Assembly (NCBI GenBank): GCA_965116885.1 | Contig: OZ220741.1 | Coordinates: 5,408,001 to 5,472,000 of the forward strand | Source: Candidatus Latescibacterota bacterium | GTDB lineage: Bacteria; Latescibacterota; UBA2968 | Direction: 5' to 3' | Length of the DNA: 64,000 bases | In this document: positions 1 through 9,376 of the stretch, piece by piece | Layout: every line of letters begins with the position of its first letter | How positions within the stretch are numbered: the stretch's first letter is position 1 | Notes under the pieces: generated by a model | Told to the model about the DNA's origin: nothing | What the model saw: only the letters and a program-made list of their open reading frames with translations | Database searches by the model: none | Translations under genes and position numbers: made by a program

Positions 1-2
1 CC

Positions 3-881
3 AAAGATCCGCGCGTAGAAAAATTTGAGGGCATTGACCTCGAACTCATCGAAGGCAGCCTCACCGAATACGAAGACGTGAAAAAAGTCACTGACGGCGT
101 CGATGTAATCTATCACCTGGGCGCGGCCTTTCAGGGAGGCGGCCCATTTGAGGACAACGACTACTTTGAAATCAACCTGCGCGGCACCTTCCACATGCTC
201 AAAGCCGCAACCGAACAGCGCAACCTCAAACAATTCATCTTCGCAAGCACAGACGCGCTCTACGCCAAATATCCCCCTGAAGGCATGGACAAACCCATCC
301 GGGAAGACGCAATGCCCAGAGAACCGAGCGGTTGGTACGCCCTATCCAAATCCGTCGGTGAAGAAATGTGCTACGGATACTGGCGCGCCCACCAACTGCC
401 CATCACCATCTTGCGCTTTTGCCTCGTCGTCGGCGCGGGCGAAATCCTCGACTTCCGCCAATTTTACCTGAGCAAACTCAAAGGACTTCCCGAACTCAAA
501 GCACTCTGGCGCGGCGAAGAACGCCTCCTCCTGCTCAAAGACATGAAAGGTCGCTCCTACAAAAAACACATCGCCGACGTGCGCGACATTGTACACGGCT
601 GCATCTGTGCCTTAAACAAAACACAAGCCGCCGGACACGCCATCCAACTCGGCGGACCGCGTCCATTCACCTGGGCCGAAGCCATCCCGTATTTATCCCA
701 ACGCTTGAACATCCCCTATCAGGAAGCCATCTTACACGGCGCGCCCACACATTACGAATACGACCTGACCAAAGCGCGCGACCTGATCGGCTTTAACCCG
801 CAATACGACATCATCCGCATGATCGAAGACGCCATCGCCTATCGAGAGGGCAAAACCATCAACGTCTTGCCCACGGAGTAG
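3..881 (+). CDS. NAD-dependent epimerase/dehydratase (extended SDR), 5'-truncated by window edge
   Basis: Frame open from position 3 (KDPRVEKFEGIDLELIEGSL...); VIYHLGA, FIFAST, YALSK (YxxxK), DVRDIV motifs. Confidence 0.85.
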   Translation, partial: KDPRVEKFEGIDLELIEGSLTEYEDVKKVTDGVDVIYHLGAAFQGGGPFEDNDYFEINLRGTFHMLKAATEQRNLKQFIFASTDALYAKYPPEGMDKPIREDAMPREPSGWYALSKSVGEEMCYGYWRAHQLPITILRFCLVVGAGEILDFRQFYLSKLKGLPELKALWRGEERLLLLKDMKGRSYKKHIADVRDIVHGCICALNKTQAAGHAIQLGGPRPFTWAEAIPYLSQRLNIPYQEAILHGAPTHYEYDLTKARDLIGFNPQYDIIRMIEDAIAYREGKTINVLPTE

Positions 882-916
882 GATCAGGATGGGCAGGATG
901 ATAGGATGAGCAGGAT
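880..916 (+). repeat. short AGGAT-based intergenic repeat
   Basis: AGGAT at 880, 886, 895, 903 and 912 right after the stop codon. Confidence 0.6.
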
Positions 917-951
917 ACACCCCGCCTCCCCCCAAAACCAAGAGGAAACAG

Positions 952-2457
952 ATGTCTCAACCCAACATACTCATGATCATCTCAGACCAGATGACACCCT
1001 TTCTCACGGGTGCGTATGGCCATCCCGTCGTCCAAACGCCTGCGCTAAACGCGTTGGCAGAAAACGGCATTCGCTTTGATGCGGCCTATACGCCCTTCCC
1101 GCTCTGTTCACCTGCACGCGCCTGCTTCATGACGGGAAACAACGCCGCAAAAATTGGAGCCTATGACAACGGTGCTGAACTCCGCTCGGACATCCCCACA
1201 TTTGCCCACCACCTCACCCGCGCCGGATATGACACCGTCCTCTCCGGCAAAATGCACTTCATAGGTGCCGATCAACTCCACGGCTTCAGACGCCGCCTCA
1301 CCACGGACATCTACCCGGAAGATTTCCGGTGGGTCAAACCCGAATGGATACACATCAAAGAAACCAGAGGAGAAAATTATCAGGCCGTCATGGAACAGCG
1401 GGGCAGGTATAACGCCGCAAATTACGACGGACACAAGATCCAAATCGACACCTGGCACGGTCCCCTCAGCTACGACGAAGAAACGCACTTCCGATCACTG
1501 GAATACCTCCACGCCATCGGCGCACAGAAAAATCCCAAACCCTTCCTCCTCTGCGCGTCTTACCACCACCCCCACGAACCCTTTTGGCCGCCCCAATCCT
1601 ATTGGGACATGTACGAAAATGCGGACATCGAAATACCCACCTTGCCAGACAACCTGGACGACACATACTCCATGATGGACAACTGGCTCAACGCCTATCA
1701 CGGCACGCGCAAACACGACCTGCGCGACCCGGACGCGCTCTACAAACTCCGCCGAGCCTATTACGGACTCGTCACATACATGGACGACAAAGTTGGGGAA
1801 CTGCTCGCTTCGCTAAAAGAAAATGGCCTGGACGACAACACCATCGTCATCTTCTTTTCCGATCACGGCGACATGCTCTGCGAAAAAGAAATGGTCCAAA
1901 AACGAACCTTCTACGACTGGTCCAGCCGCGTACCCTTCTTTATCCGCTTTCCAGACCATTACAAAGCCGGCAGCACAATCGACCAGCCCGTCTCGCTCAT
2001 TGACCTGTTGCCCACCCTATGCGACATAGCGGGATTGGAAGACCACTACCCCTGCGACGGCTCCAGCCTGATGCCCCTCATCGAAGGCGCAGAAACAGAA
2101 GACCGAGAAATTATTGTCGAAGCCCACGAAGCAGTCGGCACCCCCTGCGTCATGATTCGCAAAAACAACTTCAAATACAACCACATCCACGAACACGAAC
2201 CGCAGCTATTTGACCTCGACGCCGACCCGGGCGAATGGAATAACCTCAGCGGCCAGCCAGACCATGCGGAAATCGAAACCCATCTTCGCACGCGCATCCT
2301 CGACAACTACGACCTCGACGCCATAGCCGCAGCCAATTTAGACAGCCTGTATCGCAGGCAACTCATCCACGAGGCAATGCAAGCCAATGGTACATCCTGG
2401 GCGTACAATCCCAGCTTTGACCCGACCAAAAACGCACAGGCACAGTACCTCCCATAA
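952..2457 (+). CDS. betC: choline-sulfatase-like Cys-type sulfatase
   Basis: PNILMIISDQ, CSPARA (formylglycine motif), GKMHF, SDHGDML; C-terminal RRQLIHEAM...WAYNP...Y resembles the choline sulfatase C-tail. Confidence 0.75.
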   Translation: MSQPNILMIISDQMTPFLTGAYGHPVVQTPALNALAENGIRFDAAYTPFPLCSPARACFMTGNNAAKIGAYDNGAELRSDIPTFAHHLTRAGYDTVLSGKMHFIGADQLHGFRRRLTTDIYPEDFRWVKPEWIHIKETRGENYQAVMEQRGRYNAANYDGHKIQIDTWHGPLSYDEETHFRSLEYLHAIGAQKNPKPFLLCASYHHPHEPFWPPQSYWDMYENADIEIPTLPDNLDDTYSMMDNWLNAYHGTRKHDLRDPDALYKLRRAYYGLVTYMDDKVGELLASLKENGLDDNTIVIFFSDHGDMLCEKEMVQKRTFYDWSSRVPFFIRFPDHYKAGSTIDQPVSLIDLLPTLCDIAGLEDHYPCDGSSLMPLIEGAETEDREIIVEAHEAVGTPCVMIRKNNFKYNHIHEHEPQLFDLDADPGEWNNLSGQPDHAEIETHLRTRILDNYDLDAIAAANLDSLYRRQLIHEAMQANGTSWAYNPSFDPTKNAQAQYLP

Positions 2458-2473
2458 CGAACAGGAGCAACCA

Positions 2474-3391
2474 ATGTCCAACAACACACCATTCATCGTC
2501 GATAAAAACCTCGGCGTCAACATGACCGTCGAACCAGAAGACCTCACGCAAACCAACGCCGATGGAGAAACCGCCATCGCGCCCACACAAGAGGAAAAAT
2601 ACCTCTTTGATGCGCGCGGCTGGTTGCTCTTTCCGGGCGTCCTTTCCGATGACGACATACGCGACATGCGCGAATATGCACTACAGGTCAAACACGATCC
2701 GCAATCGCTACCCGAACACGAACAATCCTACCTATCAGGTCCCCTGCAAAAACTCGCCGACCACCCCATAGTCGTCGGCTTTATGAACGAATTTGTCGCA
2801 CATCCCCATCTCGCCAGCCCCGATGGATATGGCTTTCGCATGGAAGCATCAAACATCCGGTTCCGCTCGACGCGCACCGGCGAAGTCGGCAGCTTTCGTC
2901 CGCACAATGGCAACGGCCTGTTTCGCTTTGCAATCGACTCGCACCACTATCAGTGCATCCCCGGCAAAGCCTATAGCGGTCTAACCCGCGTAGTCTGGGA
3001 ACTCGCCCCTGTACAAAAAGGCAAAGGCGGCACACTGGTGGTCAGCGGCAGCCACAAAGCAGTTTATGCCGCGCCAGAATCCATCCACGACCCAAACTCG
3101 CCCATCTGGGACACCTACGAATGCCCGGCTGGCTCACTACTCATTTTCACCGAAGCCATCACCCACAGCGCAACGCCCTGGACAGATGAAACAACCGACC
3201 GCGTCGCCATCTTCAATCTCTACAACACCATCGGCGCCAAATGGAGCAACTGGCATCCACACCCGGACCTGCTCGCCTCCATGCCACCCAAACGCCAGAG
3301 CCTGTTTCGTGATGTGCGCTGCGCCGCCAATCGCATTGGCGGCAACGGACGCTACCACGGCGGAAATCTCAAGGATATAAGAGTGAAATAA
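2474..3391 (+). CDS. PhyH-family Fe(II)/2-oxoglutarate oxygenase (HxG variant)
   Basis: AGGAG RBS before ATG 2474; EKYLFDARGWL, GGTLVVSGSHK, GSLLIFTEAITHS, DRVAIF; metal motif reads PHNG. Confidence 0.8.
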   Translation: MSNNTPFIVDKNLGVNMTVEPEDLTQTNADGETAIAPTQEEKYLFDARGWLLFPGVLSDDDIRDMREYALQVKHDPQSLPEHEQSYLSGPLQKLADHPIVVGFMNEFVAHPHLASPDGYGFRMEASNIRFRSTRTGEVGSFRPHNGNGLFRFAIDSHHYQCIPGKAYSGLTRVVWELAPVQKGKGGTLVVSGSHKAVYAAPESIHDPNSPIWDTYECPAGSLLIFTEAITHSATPWTDETTDRVAIFNLYNTIGAKWSNWHPHPDLLASMPPKRQSLFRDVRCAANRIGGNGRYHGGNLKDIRVK

Positions 3392-3424
3392 AACGCTCAC
3401 CTCTTTCTTTTTTCGGAGTTTTAT

Positions 3425-4741
3425 ATGCCAAACCTATCTAACCGTCCCAACATCCTCTTCTTCTTCCCCGACCAACTTCGCTTTGATTGGATCGGCAGCA
3501 ATCCCGACATTGCCGTACGCACGCCCAACCTGGATCGCCTGCAAAAAAACGGGGCGACATTCTCCAAAACCGTCTGTCCCGCACCCGTATGCGCGCCCAG
3601 CCGCGCCTGTATTGCAGCCGGCACGGAATACGACAACTGTCCGGTCAAAGGAAACAGCGACGACTATCCCACAGACCGAGCCACTCTTTACAGCATGCTC
3701 CGCGACAGCGGGTACCACACACTGGGGTGTGGCAAATTCGACCTCAACAAAGGCACCTGCACATCCAACCTGCCAGCCTGGGGACTGGACGGCAAACGCC
3801 ATTTGAACGAATGGGGATTCTCGGACGGCATCAACAACGAAGGCAAAATAGACGGCGCCAACAGCGGGCGCGAAAAACCGCAAGGACCCTATTTGCAATT
3901 CCTCGAAGAGCGCGGCCTGCGCCAGATGCACCTCAACGACTTTGCCAACCGCAAGGGCCAGCGCAGTACCTTTGCCACACCACTGCCCGATGACGCCTAT
4001 TGCGACAACTGGATCGGGCAAAATGGCCGGGACCTCATCCAATCCGTCCCCGAGGACAAACCCTGGTTCATACAGGTCAATTTCAACGGCCCCCACCTGC
4101 CCCTGGACATCACGGAAAGCATGGCAAAACTCTACGAAAACGTCGATTTTCCGCAACCGAACGGCAACGACCAATTGACGCCCGATGAACTCCTCGAAGC
4201 CAGGCGAAACTACTCCGCCATGGTCGAAAACATCGACCATCAGGTTGGTCTCTACCTGGACCTGCTCGAAGAACGGGGCGAATTGGACAATACCCTCATC
4301 GTCTTTTCCTCGGATCACGGTGAAATGCTCGGCGACCACAACGCCTGGGGCAAGGGCAAACCCCTGCACCCCTCCGCCAGCGTGCCCCTCGTCATATCGG
4401 GACCCGGAGTACAGCAGGACATAACCCATGACCTGCCCACAACCAACCTGGACCTCACCGCCACCTTCCTCGACTACGCGGGTCTGGGCATCCCCGACGA
4501 CATGGACAGCCGATCCCTCCGCAACCTCCTCGAAGGCAAGACCAGCACGCATCGGGACATCGTCCTATCCGGCCTGGGCAACTGGCGCATGGCTTATGAC
4601 GGCCGCTACAAATACATCGAAGGATTTGACGACACCCCTATGCTCTTTGACCTGGACACCGACCCCCTCGAAAACAACAACATCATCGACAATCCGGATG
4701 CCTCATCGCACGTTGAGCGCTTAAAAGCAGAGTTGATATAA
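3425..4741 (+). CDS. sulfatase
   Basis: RPNILFFFPDQ, CAPSRA, SDHGEMLGDH, LFDLDTDPLE. Confidence 0.9.
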   Translation: MPNLSNRPNILFFFPDQLRFDWIGSNPDIAVRTPNLDRLQKNGATFSKTVCPAPVCAPSRACIAAGTEYDNCPVKGNSDDYPTDRATLYSMLRDSGYHTLGCGKFDLNKGTCTSNLPAWGLDGKRHLNEWGFSDGINNEGKIDGANSGREKPQGPYLQFLEERGLRQMHLNDFANRKGQRSTFATPLPDDAYCDNWIGQNGRDLIQSVPEDKPWFIQVNFNGPHLPLDITESMAKLYENVDFPQPNGNDQLTPDELLEARRNYSAMVENIDHQVGLYLDLLEERGELDNTLIVFSSDHGEMLGDHNAWGKGKPLHPSASVPLVISGPGVQQDITHDLPTTNLDLTATFLDYAGLGIPDDMDSRSLRNLLEGKTSTHRDIVLSGLGNWRMAYDGRYKYIEGFDDTPMLFDLDTDPLENNNIIDNPDASSHVERLKAELI

Positions 4742-6084
4742 TGACCAACCATCGCCCCAACATCCTCTTCTTCTGCTCTGACCAGCACCAGACCGCTGCG
4801 TCGGGATGTTATGGTCACGCAGAAGCACAAACCCCGAATATCGACCGCATCGCCGCATCTGGCATCCGCTTTAACAGAGCCTACTGCCAGTCTCCCGTCT
4901 GTGTACCCGCACGCGGCTCAATCATCACCGCGCAATATCCCCACACACACGGCGCGCGCATCTTACAAGACGCACTATCCCCCAACACGCGCACCATAGC
5001 CCATCACTTTGCCGAACACGGCTATCAAACCGGGGCAATAGGCAAAATGCACTTTGTGGATGAAACGCAAAAACACGGCTTTGACTACCGCCTCGAAATG
5101 GGAGACTTCAGAAAAACACTCACAGATAAAGAACGGCGGGAACTACAGCGAGACCAGGGCGGCGGAGGCGGCACATCGGGACGACCATCCAAATTATCCG
5201 CGCGCTATTTTCAAGACACGTATTACGCCGACGAAACCGTGCGGTATCTACGCGAAAAAAGGGACCCCAACAAACCCTTTATCCTCTGGTCGTCCTACTT
5301 CATGCCGCACACGCCCTTGGTCCCGATGCAACAATACTTCGACCTCTACAATCCCGAAACCCTCACCCTGCCCGAACGCAGCGACAATGCGCTTGAAACC
5401 GGTTTTGAAGGCCACCTCATCCGCGCCAAACAGCGGGGATGGTACGCCCAAACAGACCGAGAACTCGGCCGCGCACTCGCCGGATACTACGGCAACATCA
5501 GCCAGATGGATGCGTGCGTCGGCAAAGTACTCGACACACTCTACGACCTCGGCCTCGACGAAAACACCATCATCGTCTATACATCTGATCACGGCGAAAT
5601 GGCCGGCGCACATCGCATGTGGACCAAACACAACATGTATGAACAATCGGTCTGCGTACCGCTCATCATCCGCCTGCCCGGAGACATCCAGGCCAACACC
5701 TCGCACAATCACCTCGTCGAACACGTAGATATCTACCCCACACTCGCCGAATTGTGCAACTTGCCCATCCCGGAAAACATCCACGGGCGCAGTTTTGCCC
5801 CCTTATTTGACAACCGAACGTACCAGCCGCGCGAATACGCCTACTCCGAATACGATTTTTGTCACAGTGTCTTCACGCGAGACAATCGGTATGTGGGCAA
5901 CCCGCCGATTCTCATGATTCGCACGGACCGCTGGAAACTCAATTATCTGAGCTGGGCACGCTCTGAACTCTTTGACCTGGAGAACGACCCGAATGAATTT
6001 CGCAACGTCATTGACGACCCCGCAAATGCCAGCATCGCGCGCGAACTCACCGACATTGCGAAACGGATGTATAGGACGAATTAG
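4741..6084 (+). CDS. sulfatase
   Basis: RPNILFFCSDQH, CVPARG, GKMHF, SDHGEM; TAATG coupling to upstream gene. Confidence 0.9.
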   Translation: MTNHRPNILFFCSDQHQTAASGCYGHAEAQTPNIDRIAASGIRFNRAYCQSPVCVPARGSIITAQYPHTHGARILQDALSPNTRTIAHHFAEHGYQTGAIGKMHFVDETQKHGFDYRLEMGDFRKTLTDKERRELQRDQGGGGGTSGRPSKLSARYFQDTYYADETVRYLREKRDPNKPFILWSSYFMPHTPLVPMQQYFDLYNPETLTLPERSDNALETGFEGHLIRAKQRGWYAQTDRELGRALAGYYGNISQMDACVGKVLDTLYDLGLDENTIIVYTSDHGEMAGAHRMWTKHNMYEQSVCVPLIIRLPGDIQANTSHNHLVEHVDIYPTLAELCNLPIPENIHGRSFAPLFDNRTYQPREYAYSEYDFCHSVFTRDNRYVGNPPILMIRTDRWKLNYLSWARSELFDLENDPNEFRNVIDDPANASIARELTDIAKRMYRTN

Positions 6085-6157
6085 GAATTAGAAATTAAAA
6101 ATTAAGAATTGGGGGCTGGGTGGCCAGGGGTTGGACTGACAACTGACAACTGACAAC
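6079..6157 (+). repeat. heptamer short tandem repeats (AATTA-based units and (ACTGACA)x3)
   Basis: aattagg-aattaga-aattaaa-aattaag-aatt at 6079-6110; ACTGACA x3 at 6135-6155. Confidence 0.75.
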
Positions 6158-6170
6158 AAAGGAGCACATC

Positions 6171-7097
6171 ATGTCTGCTTTTCAAACACCCGACGGCACA
6201 AAAGTCAGAATGAGCGGAAAAGAACTCGTATTTGGAGAAACCATCTTCTCGCCGAGGGAATCCAACGACATCCTCGCAGACACGGAAGCACTGAAACAGC
6301 GAATGGAAGAAGACGGGTATCTCATCATTCGCAACTTTCACAACCGCGAAGACATCATGAAAGCCCGAAAAGAAATTATCGATCACATGGAAAGTCAGGG
6401 TCTGCTCGCCGAGGGATCCACACTTGAAGACGCCATCATCGGCGATAGAAAACGCTCCATGCGCTTCAAAGACAACCTGGTCAAAACCTGGCCCGGCTTT
6501 CTCAATATTGTCGATGGCAAAAACACAATGGACTTCTTCGGCCGCTTTTTGGGCGGACCCGCCCTCTCGCTCGATCACAAATGGCTGCGCGCCATCAGAA
6601 CGGGGGGCAATGCGGGAATGCACTGCGACATTGTGTATATGGGCGCGGGCACCAACAATCTCTATACCATGTGGACAGCGCTGGGCGATATCTCCCTCGA
6701 CATGGGACCACTCGCCCTCTGCCTGGGATCGCACAAACTCGAACATCTCCGCAATACCTACGGCGCATCGGATGCACACGACGACTTGATCCAGGGCGCA
6801 TTCTCCAACGACCCCTACGATGTCATAGAAACCCTCGGCACCAAATGGGCCGCCACGCCATTTCAAGCCGGTGATGTCGTCATCTTCGGCATGTACTTCA
6901 TGCACGCCTCCCTCGAAAACACCACCAACCGCTTTCGCATCAGCAGCGACACGCGCTACCAACTCGCCACAGAAGCCACGGACCAGCGACACATGGGCAA
7001 AGACCCCGACGTAATACCCAAAGCAGATCTGTCCGAACGAAAATCCATCGAAGAATACCGCGCGGAATGGGGATTGGCGAAGGAGACCTCTGCTTGA
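6171..7097 (+). CDS. PhyH-family phytanoyl-CoA dioxygenase-like protein
   Basis: EEDGYLIIR, HCD (HxD), GPLALCLGSHK, AGDVVIF...HAS, RISSDTRYQ. Confidence 0.88.
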   Translation: MSAFQTPDGTKVRMSGKELVFGETIFSPRESNDILADTEALKQRMEEDGYLIIRNFHNREDIMKARKEIIDHMESQGLLAEGSTLEDAIIGDRKRSMRFKDNLVKTWPGFLNIVDGKNTMDFFGRFLGGPALSLDHKWLRAIRTGGNAGMHCDIVYMGAGTNNLYTMWTALGDISLDMGPLALCLGSHKLEHLRNTYGASDAHDDLIQGAFSNDPYDVIETLGTKWAATPFQAGDVVIFGMYFMHASLENTTNRFRISSDTRYQLATEATDQRHMGKDPDVIPKADLSERKSIEEYRAEWGLAKETSA

Positions 7098-7152
7098 GAT
7101 ATTCACCTGAATACGTAGCCCCAATTCTATCTTGAAAGGAGTTTTTATACCT

Positions 7153-8865
7153 ATGTCTTCTCCCAACGTAGTCTTTGTAATTACCGATGATCAGGGCTAT
7201 GGCGACCTTGGATGCCACGGCAATGACATCATCCGGACGCCCAACCTCGACAAGCTCTACACCGAAAGCGTGCGATTTACCAATTACCACGTCGGTCCTA
7301 CCTGCGCGCCCACCCGGGCGGGCATCATGACGGGACGCTATTGCAACTGCACAGGCGTATGGCACACCATTGCGGGACGTTCGCTACTGCGCAAAGACGA
7401 AACCACCATCGCCGACTTCTTCAAAGCAGCGGGATATCGCACCGGCATGTTTGGCAAATGGCACCTCGGCGACAACTATCCATTTCACCCGCACAACCGG
7501 GGCTTTGACACGGTCGTTTACCACGGCGGTGGCGGCGTACACCAGACCCCTGACTACTGGGGCAATACCTATTTCAACGACACGTACTTCCGCAACGGCG
7601 TACCTGAAAAATTCAGAGGCTACTGCACCGACATCTGGTTTGACGAAGCCAAAAAATTCATCGAAGACTGTGGCGACACGCCCTTCTTCTGCTATATCCC
7701 CACCAACGCACCGCACGGTCCCTTCAACATAGCCGATCACTACCGCGAACTCTACAACGGCGACGGCTTACCCGGCCAGCGCGACCGCTTTTACGGCATG
7801 ATCACCAACATCGACGAAAACGTCGGTCTCATGCGCGACTTCCTCCGCGAAAAGGGATTGGAAGAAAACACCATCTTCATCTTCATGACCGACAATGGCA
7901 CCGCCAATGGCTGCACCCTCGACGGCAATGGCTATGTCACAGATGGTTTCAACGATGGTATGCGCGGCAAAAAAGGCTCAGAATACGAAGGCGGGCATCG
8001 CGTCCCCTTCTTATTTCACTGGCCCGCGGGGGGATACACCAATGGACGGGACATCGACACCCTCATTGCCAACATCGACTTCTTACCCACCCTTTGCGAC
8101 CTCTGTGATGTCCCCATCTCCGACGAAGCCCGCGAACGCATCAACGGCACCAGCGTCAAACCCCTCCTCGAAGGCACGGACAACTGGTCCGAACGCACAA
8201 TCGTCACGGACTCGCAGCGCGTGGAAAATCCCATCAAATGGCGCAAATGCGCGACCATGACACAGCGCTGGCGGCTCATCAACGGCGAAGAACTCTACGA
8301 CATGGACAACGACCACGGACAACGCCACAATGTCGCCGAGCAACATCCCGATATCGTCGCCGAACTGCGCCAGCACTACGAAGACTGGTGGGCACTTGTC
8401 TCCGAACGCTTTGGCGAAGACGTACCCATCATCGTCGGATCTGAAAGCGAACCCGTCTCTGTGATCACAACCCACGACTGGCACAACGAAAACAGCGATT
8501 CCGCCTGGAATCAGGGGGCGATCCGCCGCGGGGTGGAATGCAATGGTCGCTGGGCAATCGACGTAGCCGAATCGGGTAATTACACCTTTGAATTGCGCCG
8601 ATGGCCCCGCGAAGAAGACCGCGCCATCACCGAAGGCATCCCCGGCAAACTCACGCCCTATTACGGCGGCAATGCAATTCCCGTCAGCACCGCCCGCATC
8701 AAAGTCGCAGGGGAAGAACAATCGCAATCCATCGGTCTCGAAGACAAAGGCATCGCCTTTACCTGCACCCTCCAGGCCGGTGAAACGAGCCTCGAAACCG
8801 AACTCACCGATGGGAATGGTATCTCGCTGGGAGCGTATTACGTATATGTGGAAAGAGTGGGATAA
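7153..8865 (+). CDS. arylsulfatase (N-acetylgalactosamine-sulfatase-like)
   Basis: PNVVFVITDDQGYGD, CAPTRA, GKWHLG, TDNG; start set at ATG 7153 after AAGGAG. Confidence 0.9.
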   Translation: MSSPNVVFVITDDQGYGDLGCHGNDIIRTPNLDKLYTESVRFTNYHVGPTCAPTRAGIMTGRYCNCTGVWHTIAGRSLLRKDETTIADFFKAAGYRTGMFGKWHLGDNYPFHPHNRGFDTVVYHGGGGVHQTPDYWGNTYFNDTYFRNGVPEKFRGYCTDIWFDEAKKFIEDCGDTPFFCYIPTNAPHGPFNIADHYRELYNGDGLPGQRDRFYGMITNIDENVGLMRDFLREKGLEENTIFIFMTDNGTANGCTLDGNGYVTDGFNDGMRGKKGSEYEGGHRVPFLFHWPAGGYTNGRDIDTLIANIDFLPTLCDLCDVPISDEARERINGTSVKPLLEGTDNWSERTIVTDSQRVENPIKWRKCATMTQRWRLINGEELYDMDNDHGQRHNVAEQHPDIVAELRQHYEDWWALVSERFGEDVPIIVGSESEPVSVITTHDWHNENSDSAWNQGAIRRGVECNGRWAIDVAESGNYTFELRRWPREEDRAITEGIPGKLTPYYGGNAIPVSTARIKVAGEEQSQSIGLEDKGIAFTCTLQAGETSLETELTDGNGISLGAYYVYVERVG

Positions 8866-8955
8866 AGCGAGGGGCTGGGGACTGGTTGAGAGGACGTCTC
8901 ACCTCTTATGTCTTTGTGTGAGGTCCTCTCACCATTCACCTATAAGAAAAACACA

Positions 8956-9369
8956 ATGGGCAAAGGGCTATTACTCATCCTCGCGCTTTTCTTCGCGAGT
9001 GTCCCTTCATGGAGTGCGGAATCTCAGCCTGATTCCCTCGCATCGGACCACCGCGTGCGCGGTGCGGTATTGCGGTCTATCGCGCTACCGGGCTGGGGAC
9101 AATTTTACAATGGCAAGCGCATAAAAGGCAGCGTGATTGCGACCGCAGAAGTAGCTTCGGCTATCGCCTGGGTCGTGCGTCGCAAACAGATCAAAGATCG
9201 GGGCACTCAGGAACGGAACCTGTACCTCTTCTCAACCATTGGAATCGTGCTCTACAGCGTGGGAGATGCTTATGTGGATGCCCATCTCAATCGGGTAGAT
9301 TGGGCGGAAGTAGAGGCGGGTATCGATGAAAACGGCACAGCAAAATTTCGACTAAAATTAAGGTTTTGA
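8956..9369 (+). CDS. DUF5683-like exported/membrane protein
   Basis: Signal-peptide-like N-terminus; AVLRSIALPGWGQFYNG and DAYVDAHL motifs. Confidence 0.7.
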   Translation: MGKGLLLILALFFASVPSWSAESQPDSLASDHRVRGAVLRSIALPGWGQFYNGKRIKGSVIATAEVASAIAWVVRRKQIKDRGTQERNLYLFSTIGIVLYSVGDAYVDAHLNRVDWAEVEAGIDENGTAKFRLKLRF

Positions 9370-9376
9370 TGGTGTT

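Noticed and set aside
3434..7166. Long minus-strand ORFs (372 aa, 354 aa and others)
   Set aside because: Mirror frames of well-supported + strand sulfatase and PhyH genes, explained by codon bias.
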